The position numbers and the translations under genes were made by a program. A DNA stretch of 63,758 nt, filler included, from Gonapodya sp. JEL0774 (Eukaryota): assembly GCA_027604505.1 (NCBI GenBank). It is 44 parts of 44 records of this genome, joined end to end, with 100 filler letters (N's around TTAATTAATTAA, not from the genome) between each part and the next. Parts side by side here need not be neighbours in the genome. Positions count along the whole stretch, not along the records: positions 47,996 to 49,341 come from JADIIX010003306.1; positions 49,442 to 50,787 come from JADIIX010003307.1; positions 50,888 to 52,232 come from JADIIX010003308.1; positions 52,333 to 53,676 come from JADIIX010003309.1; positions 53,777 to 55,119 come from JADIIX010003310.1; positions 55,220 to 56,562 come from JADIIX010003311.1; positions 56,663 to 58,003 come from JADIIX010003312.1; positions 58,104 to 59,443 come from JADIIX010003313.1; 36 more parts are not named here. One strand, given 5' to 3'. The notes beneath the pieces are model-generated. The model worked only from the letters and a program-made list of their open reading frames with translations. It had not been told where the DNA came from and did no database searches. This document shows, one piece after another, positions 48,774 to 62,476 of this stretch (within the stretch, counting starts at the first letter, position 1; the number at the start of each line of letters is the position of its first letter).

Positions 48774-49019
48774 TCACATCGGTCTCATCGCAGACTCACT
48801 GTACTTGGCGAAGTACCACCATTCCGCAAGTGCAACATCCGCAGCGAGAACAACTCCAATGATCATCTTGCCACGGTTGGTACGATACCATGGAAGAGGA
48901 GTGGTGGAAGCCGCGACGGTGAGGCGGGCTCTCTGGCTAGAAGCTGAAGCAGATGCGCCGAGGGCATGGGGACCAGAAGGGCTCGCGAAGCGTAAGGCAG
49001 CAAGAGTTTGAAATCGCAT
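48774..49019 (-). CDS. Small (81 aa) putative mitochondrial single-pass membrane protein
   Basis: Arg/Ser/Ala-rich presequence-like N-terminus without acidic residues, then MIIGVVLAADVALAEWWYF. Confidence 0.45.
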   Translation of the reverse strand: MRFQTLAALRFASPSGPHALGASASASSQRARLTVAASTTPLPWYRTNRGKMIIGVVLAADVALAEWWYFAKYSESAMRPM

Positions 49020-50595
49020 TTGTAAGATAGTGTGACTGTGAAGGCTTTGTCAATACTAGTGGGAGGGAAGCTATATATTTCGGAACGGAACGGAAAATCC
49101 GCCGTGCGGATTCAGGTTGCCTTTTTCCGGAAAGTTACGTGGCACGCACCACCAACACATCGCACCACATCAGTGTGCGTAGTAAAGAATCACGGAGAAG
49201 TGAAGCAGTGGAATTCATTGTGTAACATGGTCCACTTGAAATCTGGCGTGTTCCTTGAAGTTCATGTCGCATTGGCGAACAGGGCTCCGGAGCTCCAAGT
49301 AAGGTCCAACGTGAGGTCAAGCCCGCAAAACAACGTTCATTNNNNNNNNNNNNNNNNNNNNNNNNNNNNNNNNNNNNNNNNNNNNTTAATTAATTAANNN
49401 NNNNNNNNNNNNNNNNNNNNNNNNNNNNNNNNNNNNNNNNNAAGCCTTGAGGGATTGAGGTTCTTGCGAAGCGTGTGGTATGGGGTTATGTAGCGCTAAC
49501 GGGTGGTGGCAAGTGAGCCTAATATTTGAGTGGGCCAGTGAATCCGATGCGAAGATCCCAGTGGCGCGGCAGAACGCTCTAGAAATTTTCCCTGTCGCAA
49601 CGCCGCCTTTCGAAGGCATTGCCAACGTCAGCATCGCCAACGTCAGCATGATCCGCAATGTAAACGTTAAATGGCGGCGCTGGTCTGAATTCGTCCCCCC
49701 ATGGTTGAGTCCGTCTCATTGAGTCTTGAAACTTTCGGTATCCCCAATAGTGTTGACTACAGAAGAGTTGCTACACAAACAGTAGTAAAAAGACTAGTCT
49801 TGACAGATTTGTCCAAGTCTGACATCTCGCGATGTATAGTCACCGGCGACAAAATCCCAAACCACGATAAGTGTTTACATCATGGTGTCGTCATTCATGA
49901 CCTTGAAGTGGTAATTCTTGGCAGATTTTTAGCGCTTGAAACAAGCATGTTCTTGCTAGTTGGAAGTAAGCTGGCACTTTCCACAAACAGAGAATGGCGC
50001 CAAGCTATGTGCATCACGTCGGGTCTTATTACAGATTTCCATACTGAAAAAGGAAGAGGAAGACTTTTCCCTGGTAATCAGGACAAAGAACCTGAAAATT
50101 GCGCTATACCGCTCATTGTGTTCATATACTAGAATGCGTCAAAACTCGTCCAGCACAGAGTCATTCAATGGCTACGCGCATGAGCTCCTCACAAGTGAGC
50201 GGCGCCAGCAAACAAAGGTGCACCAATCCACCTGCAAAGAAATATGGAACACTTGTTCGACACAGTACGCTGGCCAAGGCTGACCATCTTCCTCGCACTC
50301 GAACATCCCACAGTACCTCTGATAATGCCTGCAGCCCACGGCAACCAGAGTGAACCCATCAGGGGGACTGACATCATGGTCTCCTAGTCCTCAACGCTTG
50401 CCTGAGACCACGTTTCGGCTCGCCATGAGCTCCTTTGTCCCACAAATGCGTTAGCGATACCTTTCCAACCCCATTCCTGGTTGGTTGTTTTGTTTGGGTA
50501 TCTCAGAGGGATCGTGCGTTCTCTTTGCGGTGTCCGCAGCAGTCCACCAAAAGTGTGCAGACTCGCAAAGTTCGCGTCCCCCTCCCGAACCAACG

Positions 50596-50787
50596 ATGGG
50601 TCTTGCTGGTCCTCGTGTGAAGCAAAGACTGTCACGAGATCCTCAGAACAAGCACTGGGCTGATGGTGATTGCTTGTCCTGAAGAATCGCTACTTTTATA
50701 ATTTCAAACCAATATTGGCGATCGTTTCACCGCAGACAAAAACAAATTTGGCCACCGTCTCATGAGCAAGCTTGGCTGGTCTGAGGG
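50596..50787 (+). CDS. PXR1: G-patch protein PinX1/Pxr1 (Gno1), first two exons
   Basis: MGLAGPRVKQRLSRDPQNKHWAD|DKNKFGHRLMSKLGWSEG; intron 50666-50735. Confidence 0.9.
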
Positions 50788-51216
50788 NNNNNNNNNNNNN
50801 NNNNNNNNNNNNNNNNNNNNNNNNNNNNNNNTTAATTAATTAANNNNNNNNNNNNNNNNNNNNNNNNNNNNNNNNNNNNNNNNNNNNCTGTCTGCCGCTG
50901 CGGATGAGACTACCGGACTCTACAAGGTTTGTGGGTTAGTTGCTACGAATGAGATTTTGGAGGGTGTTGTCTGCCCGTCAGCGCCTCTGAGGAAGGAGAT
51001 TGCATGTGTGTAAACATTTTCTTGTGAGTTGACGACAGCGAGAGTGCTGGCAAAGCAGGGGATCTCCTACTAGGGCGTGATCACCGACGTTGATTTCTTT
51101 TCTTGCCTGTGCAGTTGAGGATTAACCTCATCAGTAGACAAAAAGCATAACTGAATCACAAATGATTGGTTGTATTCTAGCGAATAAAACTCCCTAATTG
51201 TCCTAATGTTCTGAAA

Positions 51217-52232
51217 CTAGAGCGAAACTATGTAGATATACCACCCGGACACAGCGCATTTACCGTTGCCCTTCCTCAGAGCTCTAGCAACGCTAGAATG
51301 ATCAGCCATTCTGACATCCGGCTCCACGACCTTGATCTGAGCCACAAGGCTTTCGAGGCTTTTTGACACAACCAGCATCTCGTTCTTGGAGGCCCTGTAG
51401 CCCTCTTTGGGCGTGGTATCTCGCTGTCTCACCTGATAAGTGTCCCTGCACATCTGAGCAAATTGAGAAAAGAGTGGGTTCTCTTCGTTCTCGGGAATTG
51501 CCACCCAATTGTTGTCCCAGATGGTCGATCCTTGTGGAAATAAGTTTCTCGCCTTACGAGCATTATACCCGGCAAAGACAATTTCCGTGGCATTCGGGGT
51601 CCGTTCCCTCTTCCTTCTGAACGCAGATCGCATTGAGTCTTCGCCGATACCGACTTGCCTGATGTCGGCTAGCGATGCAAACTTGGCTACAATGTCACCG
51701 ACGGTGTTGTACACGAGCACTGGGTCGAGGAGTACCCACTGCGTTGGCTTACCTGCAAGACATCGATCAACATACACCAAGCCAAAGCCAAATACAAGCA
51801 ACACTCACGCCGTTTCATATTTCTGGGCGCATCTCCTTCGTGTCTAGCGGGTGGTGAGTTACACTTCGAGCTCGCCGCTAACAATGTGGCCACCCTCTGT
51901 CGCAACTCGCTCTCACCACCACCCTTGCTGCCACCGAGCATCCATCCCACGCTACCGTCCGTTGGTTTCGTTGGTTCCAGGTGGTCGTTAGCGACACTAC
52001 CAGCCTCTCCAAAGTCAGTCTGATCAGATATCACGCCCACCACATCGGAGTGGCCATTGCCTGTATCGTCACAGACAGCATCTGGATTTGTGTTCGGATC
52101 CTCAATATCCGAATCGCCCTCGTCGAGACGTTTTCTTGCCACGAAAGCGACGCATGCAAGCCACTGCTTCAATCGATCCAATGGCCAGTCGTGTTTGATG
52201 CGGTTGCATGGCCAGCACGCGGGCTTCGAGTT
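51217..52232 (-). CDS. HNH endonuclease-like protein with C-terminal NUMOD1-like HTH modules; intron 51753-51808
   Basis: NSKPACWPCNRIKHDWPLDRLKQW (HNH C-terminal N-x-x-x-x-CxxCN-x-x-K pattern); IVAKFASLADIRQVGIGEDSMRSAF...AGY; SSVARALRKGNGKCAVSGWYI. Confidence 0.6.
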
Positions 52233-52511
52233 NNNNNNNNNNNNNNNNNNNNNNNNNNNNNNNNNNNNNNNNNNNNTTAATTAATTAANNNNNNNNNNNN
52301 NNNNNNNNNNNNNNNNNNNNNNNNNNNNNNNNGTACGTATGCGCGATGAGAGGAGACAGCTGGGAAGACGGGAATCAAGAGGATCGGTTGATTGGAGACA
52401 CCCAACACAGACACAAAATATGCAGCATCCTTCTGCAGGGGGCAGGTAAGTTTTGTTCTTCAGCCCCCACTAACGCAACGTCTCAGAGTAGTGGGTTTCC
52501 ACACGCCAAAA

Positions 52512-53676
52512 ATGGGAATCGGCAAGCGTGAGCGGAGTCGATCGACAAAGAGCGATGGCGGGCCATCGATGTCAAACGTCACCAAGGTCAAAGGTGTGTT
52601 CAGTTCTTTTGAAGTTGCTGTCCTCGACGTCTTCTTGCATCACAAGGTTTGCGAACGACATTTTATACGCTTTCTACTTGCACGCTCTCTTCCATCAACA
52701 GGTACCAACTTCTACCGGACCGCCAAGCAGCTCAAGCACATCAATTTGCTAAAATCTGGGAAACCAACTCGAGATGCCGATGGAACCATCACAAAGGCGG
52801 CAGACTTTCAGGGGAAGCTTGCTTCCGGAACTGTATCGAGGGTAGATCCCAACAGAAAATGGTTTGGTGAGTTTTAACAGGGGGATTGTGGTGGATTCCG
52901 CCACAGAGAGGAGCAAGCGCACGTCGATGAACAACGAGCGCCATCGCCAGTCCAAGCTATTTTCTTCTGGGATGGAATGCATTCTTCAAGTGTCAAGGTC
53001 GATTATTGACCAATCCTTCTAATTACATATCTGACATACAGAAAACACCCGAACTATCACCCAAAACTCCCTCACGGCCTTCCGCTCCGCAATGAGCACC
53101 CACCTCGCCAACCCTTACTCCTTCATCGTCCGACAAAATACTTTACCTTTGTCGCTCCTCGCCTCCGAAAACAGCACAAAGCAAGGGCGAGTTCACCTTC
53201 TCGACACGGAACCCTTCGCACAGACGTTCAGCGACACGAGGAGGCGGAAAAGAGTTAAGCTTGGTGTTGGAAGTTACGAAGAGCTGGTCGAGGGAGCTGG
53301 TAAAGCTCATGGTGAGTGTCTCGTGAGTTCGGGTCCACCTTCATCCAGCTGGGACTGAGCGGATCCCAGTTTGGACTTGCCTTGGTAGTCCGCAAACTCC
53401 GACGAGAATCCTCGAATCAAATCGGAATATTTAATCCCCGTCCACCATTCCTATAGATTCCTACACCTCCACCGCCGACCAAGCCCTCCTCTCTCTCGCC
53501 ACACCAGACTCCACCTCCACTCCCCGCGACCCCATCTTCTCCAAGGGCACCTCAAAACGTATCTGGTCTGAGCTCCACAAGGTCATTGATTCGTCCGACG
53601 TGTTGATCATGGTCTTGGACGCGAGGGATCCGGACGGCACACGGTGTAGGTTGGTCGAGAGGAGGTTGAAGAAGGA
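52512..53676 (+). CDS. NOG2: Nucleolar GTP-binding protein 2, 5' exons
   Basis: [63 protein letters not shown]. Confidence 0.96.
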
Positions 53677-54307
53677 NNNNNNNNNNNNNNNNNNNNNNNN
53701 NNNNNNNNNNNNNNNNNNNNTTAATTAATTAANNNNNNNNNNNNNNNNNNNNNNNNNNNNNNNNNNNNNNNNNNNNGTTCAGGTCACAGTGGGATGGACG
53801 AGGTATGCTTGGCAATTTGAAACATGGAACAATAATGATTTGAAAATAATCTCAACTGCGTAGTATTATGTTGTAGAATATATAAGTTCCGTAAAGCAAA
53901 TGTATGGAGCATGCATGAACCACTGCCTTTAAGGAGACTATCTACTTGACTCACGGAGATCTATGGTTCTGTGTACTCTTCATGTTGGGGAGTACTCACT
54001 GAATTTGAAAACAGATGTGAGTGGTGCGTCCCTTTATCAGAGAAGCCAGCGCTCCAATTGCGCAATTGCGTGAGGCTAATAATGCGTGGGCTCTCCACGC
54101 CACTGGTTCAGAATCCGTGATTCATGACACAGAATATGATTGCACAGACGTGGGAATGGTCAAGTAGGCAAACGATGGAATGTATGAATATGAATATGTA
54201 CAAGCAGGAGGTGGAATTTAAAAATTCCGTTACAGGCACGTCTAGCGAGAAAGACGGCACTCTACGATTTACACATATGGAGACGAGACGATGACCAGTG
54301 AAACCAT

Positions 54308-55087
<780 letters not shown>

Positions 55088-55707
55088 TTGCGATGATTGA
55101 TTTTTGAAGTGTGGTGGGGNNNNNNNNNNNNNNNNNNNNNNNNNNNNNNNNNNNNNNNNNNNNTTAATTAATTAANNNNNNNNNNNNNNNNNNNNNNNNN
55201 NNNNNNNNNNNNNNNNNNNGATGATGTCTAGAAGTTCTGGTGTTGAGAGAGTCTGGGTGGGTGCAGGCTGCGCCCCTCGTTTCTCTGGACCCCCGGGTGG
55301 GATAATTTGGAGACTACGTAATACAGGGTGGAAGCATCGATGGTTACGGGCGCTCATTACTATCGTGATACATCGAGAAAGAAAACGCACAAGTGCCATC
55401 AAAGACTTGATTGACTCTGGAAAGCGTTCCGGAAGGGTCCACGAGAGTTTGTGGTTTGTGTTCTGTTCACTTCCCCAGTGAACCGGCTGCCACATGAGGA
55501 CCGAAGTCCGTCGTTCGTCCACCCTAATCTCTACGACGAAACAATGAAATATCAGTACTTCTGTAAGCGTCTTGATTTCGTCTGACTCGTGGTTTTGGTG
55601 GAGGCTCGAGAGAATATCACAGTGGTGCGCAGTATAATATTGAATATTCCACTCGCATGCCCCGAATCTGTCTCGCCAAACGTAGAACATTCCTTCCGTA
55701 CGTAGGC

Positions 55708-56462
55708 TTATACTCTAGCAGAGAACTTGGCCTTGCCATGGTCGTCTACGTAGGAATAAGGAAATCCAAGTAAGCGATCGAACAAAACAGCTGGATATGT
55801 TTGTAGAACGGGCACTCACTAATAACGGCGATATGGTCGAGGTCACGGAAGTGCTCGTTGTAGTCTGCACGTGTGATTGGTGAGGGGTATTCGGTGGAGA
55901 TTCAGAACGAGGATGGTCAGTACGAAAGTGCGAGAACATCTCTGTCCGACACGTTATGACCGACAGCATGGTCTCGTTGTGATTGAATTTTCCCTCAAAC
56001 TCAATGGAAAAACTGGTTCGACCAGTCGAGACACCGACGCCCCGCGCAACACAAACTCTTCACTTGAAACCCTCTCACCACGTATCACTCACCCAAGCAA
56101 TATCCCACCACAAATTTATCTGGTACCGCGAACCCGACATAGTCCGGTACGTATTCCTTTCCATCTGCGTCTGTTACTCGCTTTCCCGCAGGGAGTTTTT
56201 TGAGAAGGAGCACGGCGACACGGACCGAGAGGGGGTTGTACGCGCGTAGGCGAAGGAGGAGTTGTTGGAGGGTGTATCCGGTATCAAGAATGTCCTGGTT
56301 GAGGATGGAATGCAACCGTTGGTTATCCTTTGCGGGGAAGGATGAACAAGAAAGACTCACCTCGACAACAAGGACATTCTTCCCCTCGAACGTTTTCGCA
56401 TCAGCGTCAGTGAGAGAAGTGTGTAGGGTGCCAGTGGATGAATCGTTTACGTAGGATTTACT
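55708..56462 (-). CDS. Hypoxanthine-guanine phosphoribosyltransferase, 3' exons
   Basis: KSYVNDSSTG, GKNVLVVE|DILDTGYTL (PRPP-binding loop), DYVGFAVPDKFVVGYCL|DYNEHFRDLDHI. Confidence 0.93.
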
Positions 56463-58103
56463 GGAACGGGTGATGTATAACATGTGCAATATAATGATTG
56501 TCAGCGCTCCGAATAACCCAGCGATTCAACATACACCCGACCTCTTCCCGAGGAATGACTCANNNNNNNNNNNNNNNNNNNNNNNNNNNNNNNNNNNNNN
56601 NNNNNNTTAATTAATTAANNNNNNNNNNNNNNNNNNNNNNNNNNNNNNNNNNNNNNNNNNNNGGGAAACGGGTGCCGAACACACCCACATAATCCAAATC
56701 CGCGCAGAAACTATTTATTGGTGCACATAACTACTTATCATGCACAATAATGTGCTGGCCGTACACGCCGTTAGGGGGCCTGTCGCCGACGCTTCGGAGA
56801 TGATTCTTGTGGGACAGATATGGGGTTAGGATATGGATAGAATGAACGCAACCTAGAAAGTACTCACCATCTTCAGTTGGCACTTGACGTCCACAGCGAA
56901 GCGACCTTGGTTCGGGCTTCGGAGCTAGAAGGGCAGCATTCAATCTAATTAGTTGAAGGGGTACATGAACACTACACCAGATGCACTTACGTTCAGGGTC
57001 CTTTTCCTCTTCTTTCCCTTCTTCCCCTCCATCCCCATCTTTGTCATCTTTGTTGTCACTCTTGTCTTCTGAAGATGTGACATCTGGCTGCTTACTGAGA
57101 GAACTATCAGAATCTGTCAGTGTAGCACAGTTAGTAAGCACTTATATCTGTCCTGAGTACCGGGGACCTTGGCCTGGAGGTCAAGGTACTTAGCGACATC
57201 TGAGGAAACACTTGTCAGTCCCTTCAGATATTCATTGCTTCAGTATGTCAATGAGAACTCACCTGATGGAACACCACGGCTTTTTCTGGCTTTTTCTGGT
57301 GACTGAACCTACCTTGATGACCACAAACATTGAATGAGCGGTGACCTTATGCATATGAATGTGTTGCAATAACAGACTCACATGCTTTAGGGACTTCGAT
57401 AGACACCTCATGGTCAACTTCAACAACATGTATCTCAGACCACTTGCTCTTTGGTGTGCGTTGAGGTGCTGTCATCACGCAGAATGTTGACTTGACATAG
57501 CGGAGAAAATCACGTTCGAGAATCAGTCTAAACAGAAGAACATTGTAAGAATGTTGCAGGTAACAACGGAAGTTGGACCCACTTTTCAAAGACCTTTCCC
57601 CCATCTTCGGTTGACTTGGTCTCCAGGTCCATAAGGTAGCTGTCCAGTGTGGAGTTAAGAAAATCATCAAATACCCACAATGTGCACATGCCGCGACCAA
57701 TTTCCCATTGCCCACACTTGGAGCTGCAATGTTGCTGTCCGAGTTTCTTACGAGGGTGAGAACCTCCATCCAGAATGCCGTTGGGAGAGGTGGAACGGTG
57801 AAAAACAGGACCTTCTTTGGAGCTTTCTTTGACTCTTGAGGGGCGGTATAAGTCTATACAACAAGTAAAAGCGCGATGCATCAATATGTGATGAGCGAAG
57901 ATATACGTTTGAAATTGGAACTCACCAATAGAGAGGTTGCGCACCACATTTAGTTATTGTAATTTGTGAAGTGAAAAACTAAATAGCCGAGCGACCTTGC
58001 GCANNNNNNNNNNNNNNNNNNNNNNNNNNNNNNNNNNNNNNNNNNNNTTAATTAATTAANNNNNNNNNNNNNNNNNNNNNNNNNNNNNNNNNNNNNNNNN
58101 NNN

Positions 58104-59443
58104 CGAGGCCCGCCACACCACCTGGATCGCCACCATCAACTCTGAGCTTTCCATCGACCGGCCCCCATCGATTTGACGAGCCAACAGTCGTTGCGGTACC
58201 GTCGAAGCTCTTGAAGTCCGTTTTGAGGACCGAGTCCCACAATGCGAGATCCACCGTCACCAGTCCACTCTGGGCCACTGACGAGACCAGCTTGTCATTC
58301 ATCAATGAAAGGTACGTCCATCCCCCCGTCCCGTTCATTCCCGGCCCCGACTGCGCGCATTGGTCTGTGAGCTGTTTCAATGGTGTCAGGTTGTATCTCC
58401 TATCGCACTCCTTGATCGCCGGCACGCCAAAGTCCCCCGAGTCGGATCCCACAGGCGCCGACGGGTTGTAAAACGACACTTGCGCCTGGCTCCCACTGCT
58501 GCACGGCGTCGTGATGGTGATTTCGGTTTCGAGGTCGCAGGGGCACTCGTGCATGAGGGTACGGAAAGCGATGTTGTCCGAGTCCAGACAGTCGTGGCCG
58601 GGGAGAAGGGTGTAAGTGTCAAGATGAGGACATGCATCCGTAGACTCTTGAAGGGTGAAGTCCAGGATTGTACATTCTGGAAAGAGTCAACAATGTCCGT
58701 CACTAGGAGTCCTACAACACATGGAGGGCACTCCAAAACTACTCACTGGGGAGCGTACTTGGTGGGGTATCACCTCCGATTTCTCCAAGTGGCGTGGTCT
58801 CGCCTCCGCCGCCATCACCACCTTCGCCCAGACCAAGTTCCGTGTCAATCTTGGAATCGATATCGGCGTCGACAGCGGCCTGAACGACAGAACAGAATAC
58901 AATTCGTGGTGTAAGAAGAGGGAAAGTAAAGCGGAGTGCGTCTCTCTCACCTCGGTGCCCTCAATGCCCTCCAATTCACCCTCTAGTTCTCCAATCTCGT
59001 TTACAATTTCCGCCGCCGCCTCGTCCAGCTCCTCTTCAAACTCAAGGTCCTCTTCAAGCTCTGCTTCCGTCTCCAGCTCCGACCCGGGTAGCACTGGGAC
59101 GAGCGCGTCATCGTTGCGGATACCCTCGCCGTCCCAGCAATTGTCCTGGCCGTACATCGCAGAACCACCTAGAGCTTTGTCGACGGTGTCGAAATTGAGG
59201 TCAGTGTCGGGAGTGGAGCAATACTTTGTGGCATTTGTGCTGTTTCGAGATATGCGTGTAAATAAGACGTCTGTGCAGGCATCTCGCGGTGGAACATCAG
59301 ACACTCACCGTAATGAGGGGCATACGGGCTCCAGTTTCTTACTCTCCTTATTACATTTGCGGTAGTAGCTGACGCAAAACAGCTTTTCAACGGCCGAGTA
59401 GCAGTCGCGGTTTGTCGCGGGCCAGGTCCCGTCCCCAACGACA
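58104..59443 (-). CDS. Extracellular-type protein fragment with a Frizzled-CRD-like Cys-rich segment, an acidic linker and a second Cys-containing domain
   Basis: DCYSAVEKLFCVSYYRKCN...PVCPSLR|TNATKYC...NCW; E/D-rich linker; multi-exon. Confidence 0.5.
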
Positions 59444-59543
59444 NNNNNNNNNNNNNNNNNNNNNNNNNNNNNNNNNNNNNNNNNNNNTTAATTAATTAAN
59501 NNNNNNNNNNNNNNNNNNNNNNNNNNNNNNNNNNNNNNNNNNN

Positions 59544-60737
59544 ATGCAAGGCGGTTACCAGACCTCGGAGATGCCATCGTACCCACTTCCAAAGCAGACC
59601 ACAACATACCAAGACTGGTCTAATCCGGCCCCTGCTCGAGATCCGTTTCCTCCAAATGTCAACTCCCTCCAAGGGCCGCCGATGACTTCACCACCAAACA
59701 GTTGGAGCACACTGGGAAGCGTCATGCCGTCGCCCAATTTGACGCCTGTCGGAGCACGTAACAACGTATCAGCCGCTCCGCCACAAGGCTCGCCATTCTT
59801 TTCTTCCTCACCGTTTCTGCCTGCCACCGCGCCATACGTACCACCAAATGCGCAAACACCGGTCTCGCCACCAGTGTCCCCGTCCGTGCCAGCTACCTCC
59901 CCGCAACGTCAGGAATCTCAACTCCAGCAAAACGTTCAGCGCTCTGACACTCAGCGCTCTGGCAATCAACGGCCTGCCTCCCTTGCGTCGAACGCGACCG
60001 CTGCCACTGCCACGTCCGCGCTTAGTTCTCTTACCGTTATTGTACCTTCACCGGCTGGTGGCACCGTATCATTCCCACTCAACTTTGTATCTGGCAAAGC
60101 TTCCCCAGAAGAGATTGTGGGCACGTTGGCGCGTCCAGAATGGGCGGCGCAGAGGGGCTGGGGATACAAGCAAGTGAGGGCAGACCCGGGATCTTTTAGC
60201 ATCAAGTATGCAGCCCGAGAAAAAGACATTGGAGCCAACAAAGGTGCCGGTAAAGTCGGAGTGCTTAGTTTTGTGAGTGATGATCACATTCGTGCACATC
60301 GCCCACGCAAGGACTAACCAGTAATTTTGCGACATTCCAGACGATCTTCTTCACTACAATGCCCCTCTACCGCAGCGCTTCTGAGGCTTACACTCTGAAA
60401 TCAAACGACCTCCACCCTGCCACTTTCCGATCACACTTTGTAAACTCACTGTCCAGAACTGTGGACACCGAGTGGGCGTGTATCACCCCGCCAGACGACT
60501 GCATCGTCCCTACGACGGGAGACTTGTGTCTGGCGTACGTGTGCAAACCTGTCAATGAGCCGGTCGGTGAGATGGCGAGGCAGAGAGTGACGAACTGGGT
60601 GGCGGCGAATTTGGCAAGGGGCGATTGGGGTGAGTTTCGGTTTCCATCTTCGCTGCAATTGTCAATTTATAACATGGCGTTTTGCGCTCATTGCAGCTCA
60701 AGCGAGGGCTGCCGCTGGGAGAGCTGGAAGACGGTAA
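59544..60737 (+). CDS. Unknown protein: Pro/Ser-rich region followed by a globular C-terminal domain
   Basis: Open frames joined by GTGAGT...CAG introns; ends AAAGRAGRR*. Confidence 0.5.
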
Positions 60738-61964
60738 AAGTTAGTAGAAGACTTGAGTTCTCGTTGTGCGAGCGTACCTACTACATGTGTACTAGTGGTT
60801 AAAAGAGATGTACCAATTGACTGTCATTGATCATGCGCTCGAGTTTGTTGTTCCCCGAATGCAGCAGCAGGATGTTCCCATANNNNNNNNNNNNNNNNNN
60901 NNNNNNNNNNNNNNNNNNNNNNNNNNTTAATTAATTAANNNNNNNNNNNNNNNNNNNNNNNNNNNNNNNNNNNNNNNNNNNNGTCGTTGTTGGGAGGTGG
61001 TGGATTCCGGTACGATCCGGCGGACAAACGCATGATCGAGGAAATATTGGCAACACGGATCAGTTCTCTATCCAGTAGTGGGGTTAGCTCAAACTTTACG
61101 GCAGCGATGATAACCGGTGCATCTGACGTCATTCCACGAACAGTTAAGCCGGTCAAGTTCTTCTTCTGGTGGGATTCCGACGAGGCAATCGCTGGCAACT
61201 TACCTCGGCGCTCGGGAGAAAGTGCATGGGGAACAGATGAGGATTGGGAGCTGATGTGTGAATGATTCGTGCACTTCATCGGGACGGCGGCGGTACTTGT
61301 AGGAAAGGCATTTTCTAGTACGTTGCATCGACAAGGTTGCACTGTCGATCAGTTTCCCAAGACGTTAGCGAATTGGAAAATGATGTTTCGGCATATTGTC
61401 ACCTCGGATGTTGAATGCCTCTTGAGGGAATCGGAGAGGTATCGAGTGTCAACTTCAACGCCAACCGCTTGCCCCATCATTTTGTAAATAGGCATCTGTT
61501 AGTTTCACTCTACAATTTGCATGAAGACGAGCAGTCTGCGAAGTATTTCGATTAGTACTAGCACTGTCGATTGTTGCTTGTGATGTCTTACATTACTCTA
61601 TTAATAATCCTTTGAAGCAACACAACATAGTGTAACTGAGCATCGTCGGATCGGGATCCATGGCACCATGTGACAGTTCTTACACCGGTAAGCAAGCCGA
61701 TATTCACCTGGCTAAGTTATACAAGAATACTCGACACATAGCCAGTACCCGGTCCAAATGGGCATTCCCGACATCGCCTCTAGAGGGGAAGTCCGTAATA
61801 TACTCAGCTTTGCACGATGTCTTTGTGAGAGCTGTTGCACAACGACGCTAAGAACCGTGGCAGAGTCGATACTACATTTATTTGTTCCTAGACATCTATT
61901 AGTGTACCTTCCATCCAAGCATGCTCCAGTAATATGTCGAACTTGAACAATAGCTATTCAAGAG

Positions 61965-62320
61965 TTACTCTCCATCAATCCCGAGACGTTGAAACGACTC
62001 CATCCAGACAACCCTCTCGCCTTCCTTGAGGGGTGGAAAGCCACCCAGATTGTTATCGGGCCATTGCTGCATCTCTTCCACATCATCGTCATCCAAGTCT
62101 TCCTCCCACCTGAAGTAGAGGCGAAACGGGACCTGTCTCGCCTCCACCATCTTGTCGAAAGTCAATTTTCCGAGTCCATCCGGAATGATGTGACCTTCGT
62201 CACCCGCAAGAGTCAGTCCCATGAGATTTGGTAGGTTTTGGAGCAGAGCCATGGGTACTGATAATGACAGGGAACCGTAGTTCTCGAGGGCGAGGTAGGT
62301 CAAGTTTGGACACCTCTCAA
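61965..62320 (-). CDS. C-terminus of an F-box/LRR-like protein
   Basis: ERCPNLTYLAL...LLQNLPNLMGLTL RNI-like repeats; convergent with another terminal exon at 60983-61265. Confidence 0.5.
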
Positions 62321-62476
62321 NNNNNNNNNNNNNNNNNNNNNNNNNNNNNNNNNNNNNNNNNNNNTTAATTAATTAANNNNNNNNNNNNNNNNNNNNNNNN
62401 NNNNNNNNNNNNNNNNNNNNTCGTCGACGCCGGCAGTGCCACTTCCCTTGCTCCCGCCCTCACGCGGTGAACTTAC

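Noticed and set aside
49621..49649. Tandem duplication of GCCAACGTCAGCAT
   Set aside because: Only two copies; ordinary slippage duplication with no further structure.
56663..58003. Possible multi-exon minus-strand gene or transposon relic
   Set aside because: Splice-like signals are present, but I could not build a consistent reading or recognise a domain.
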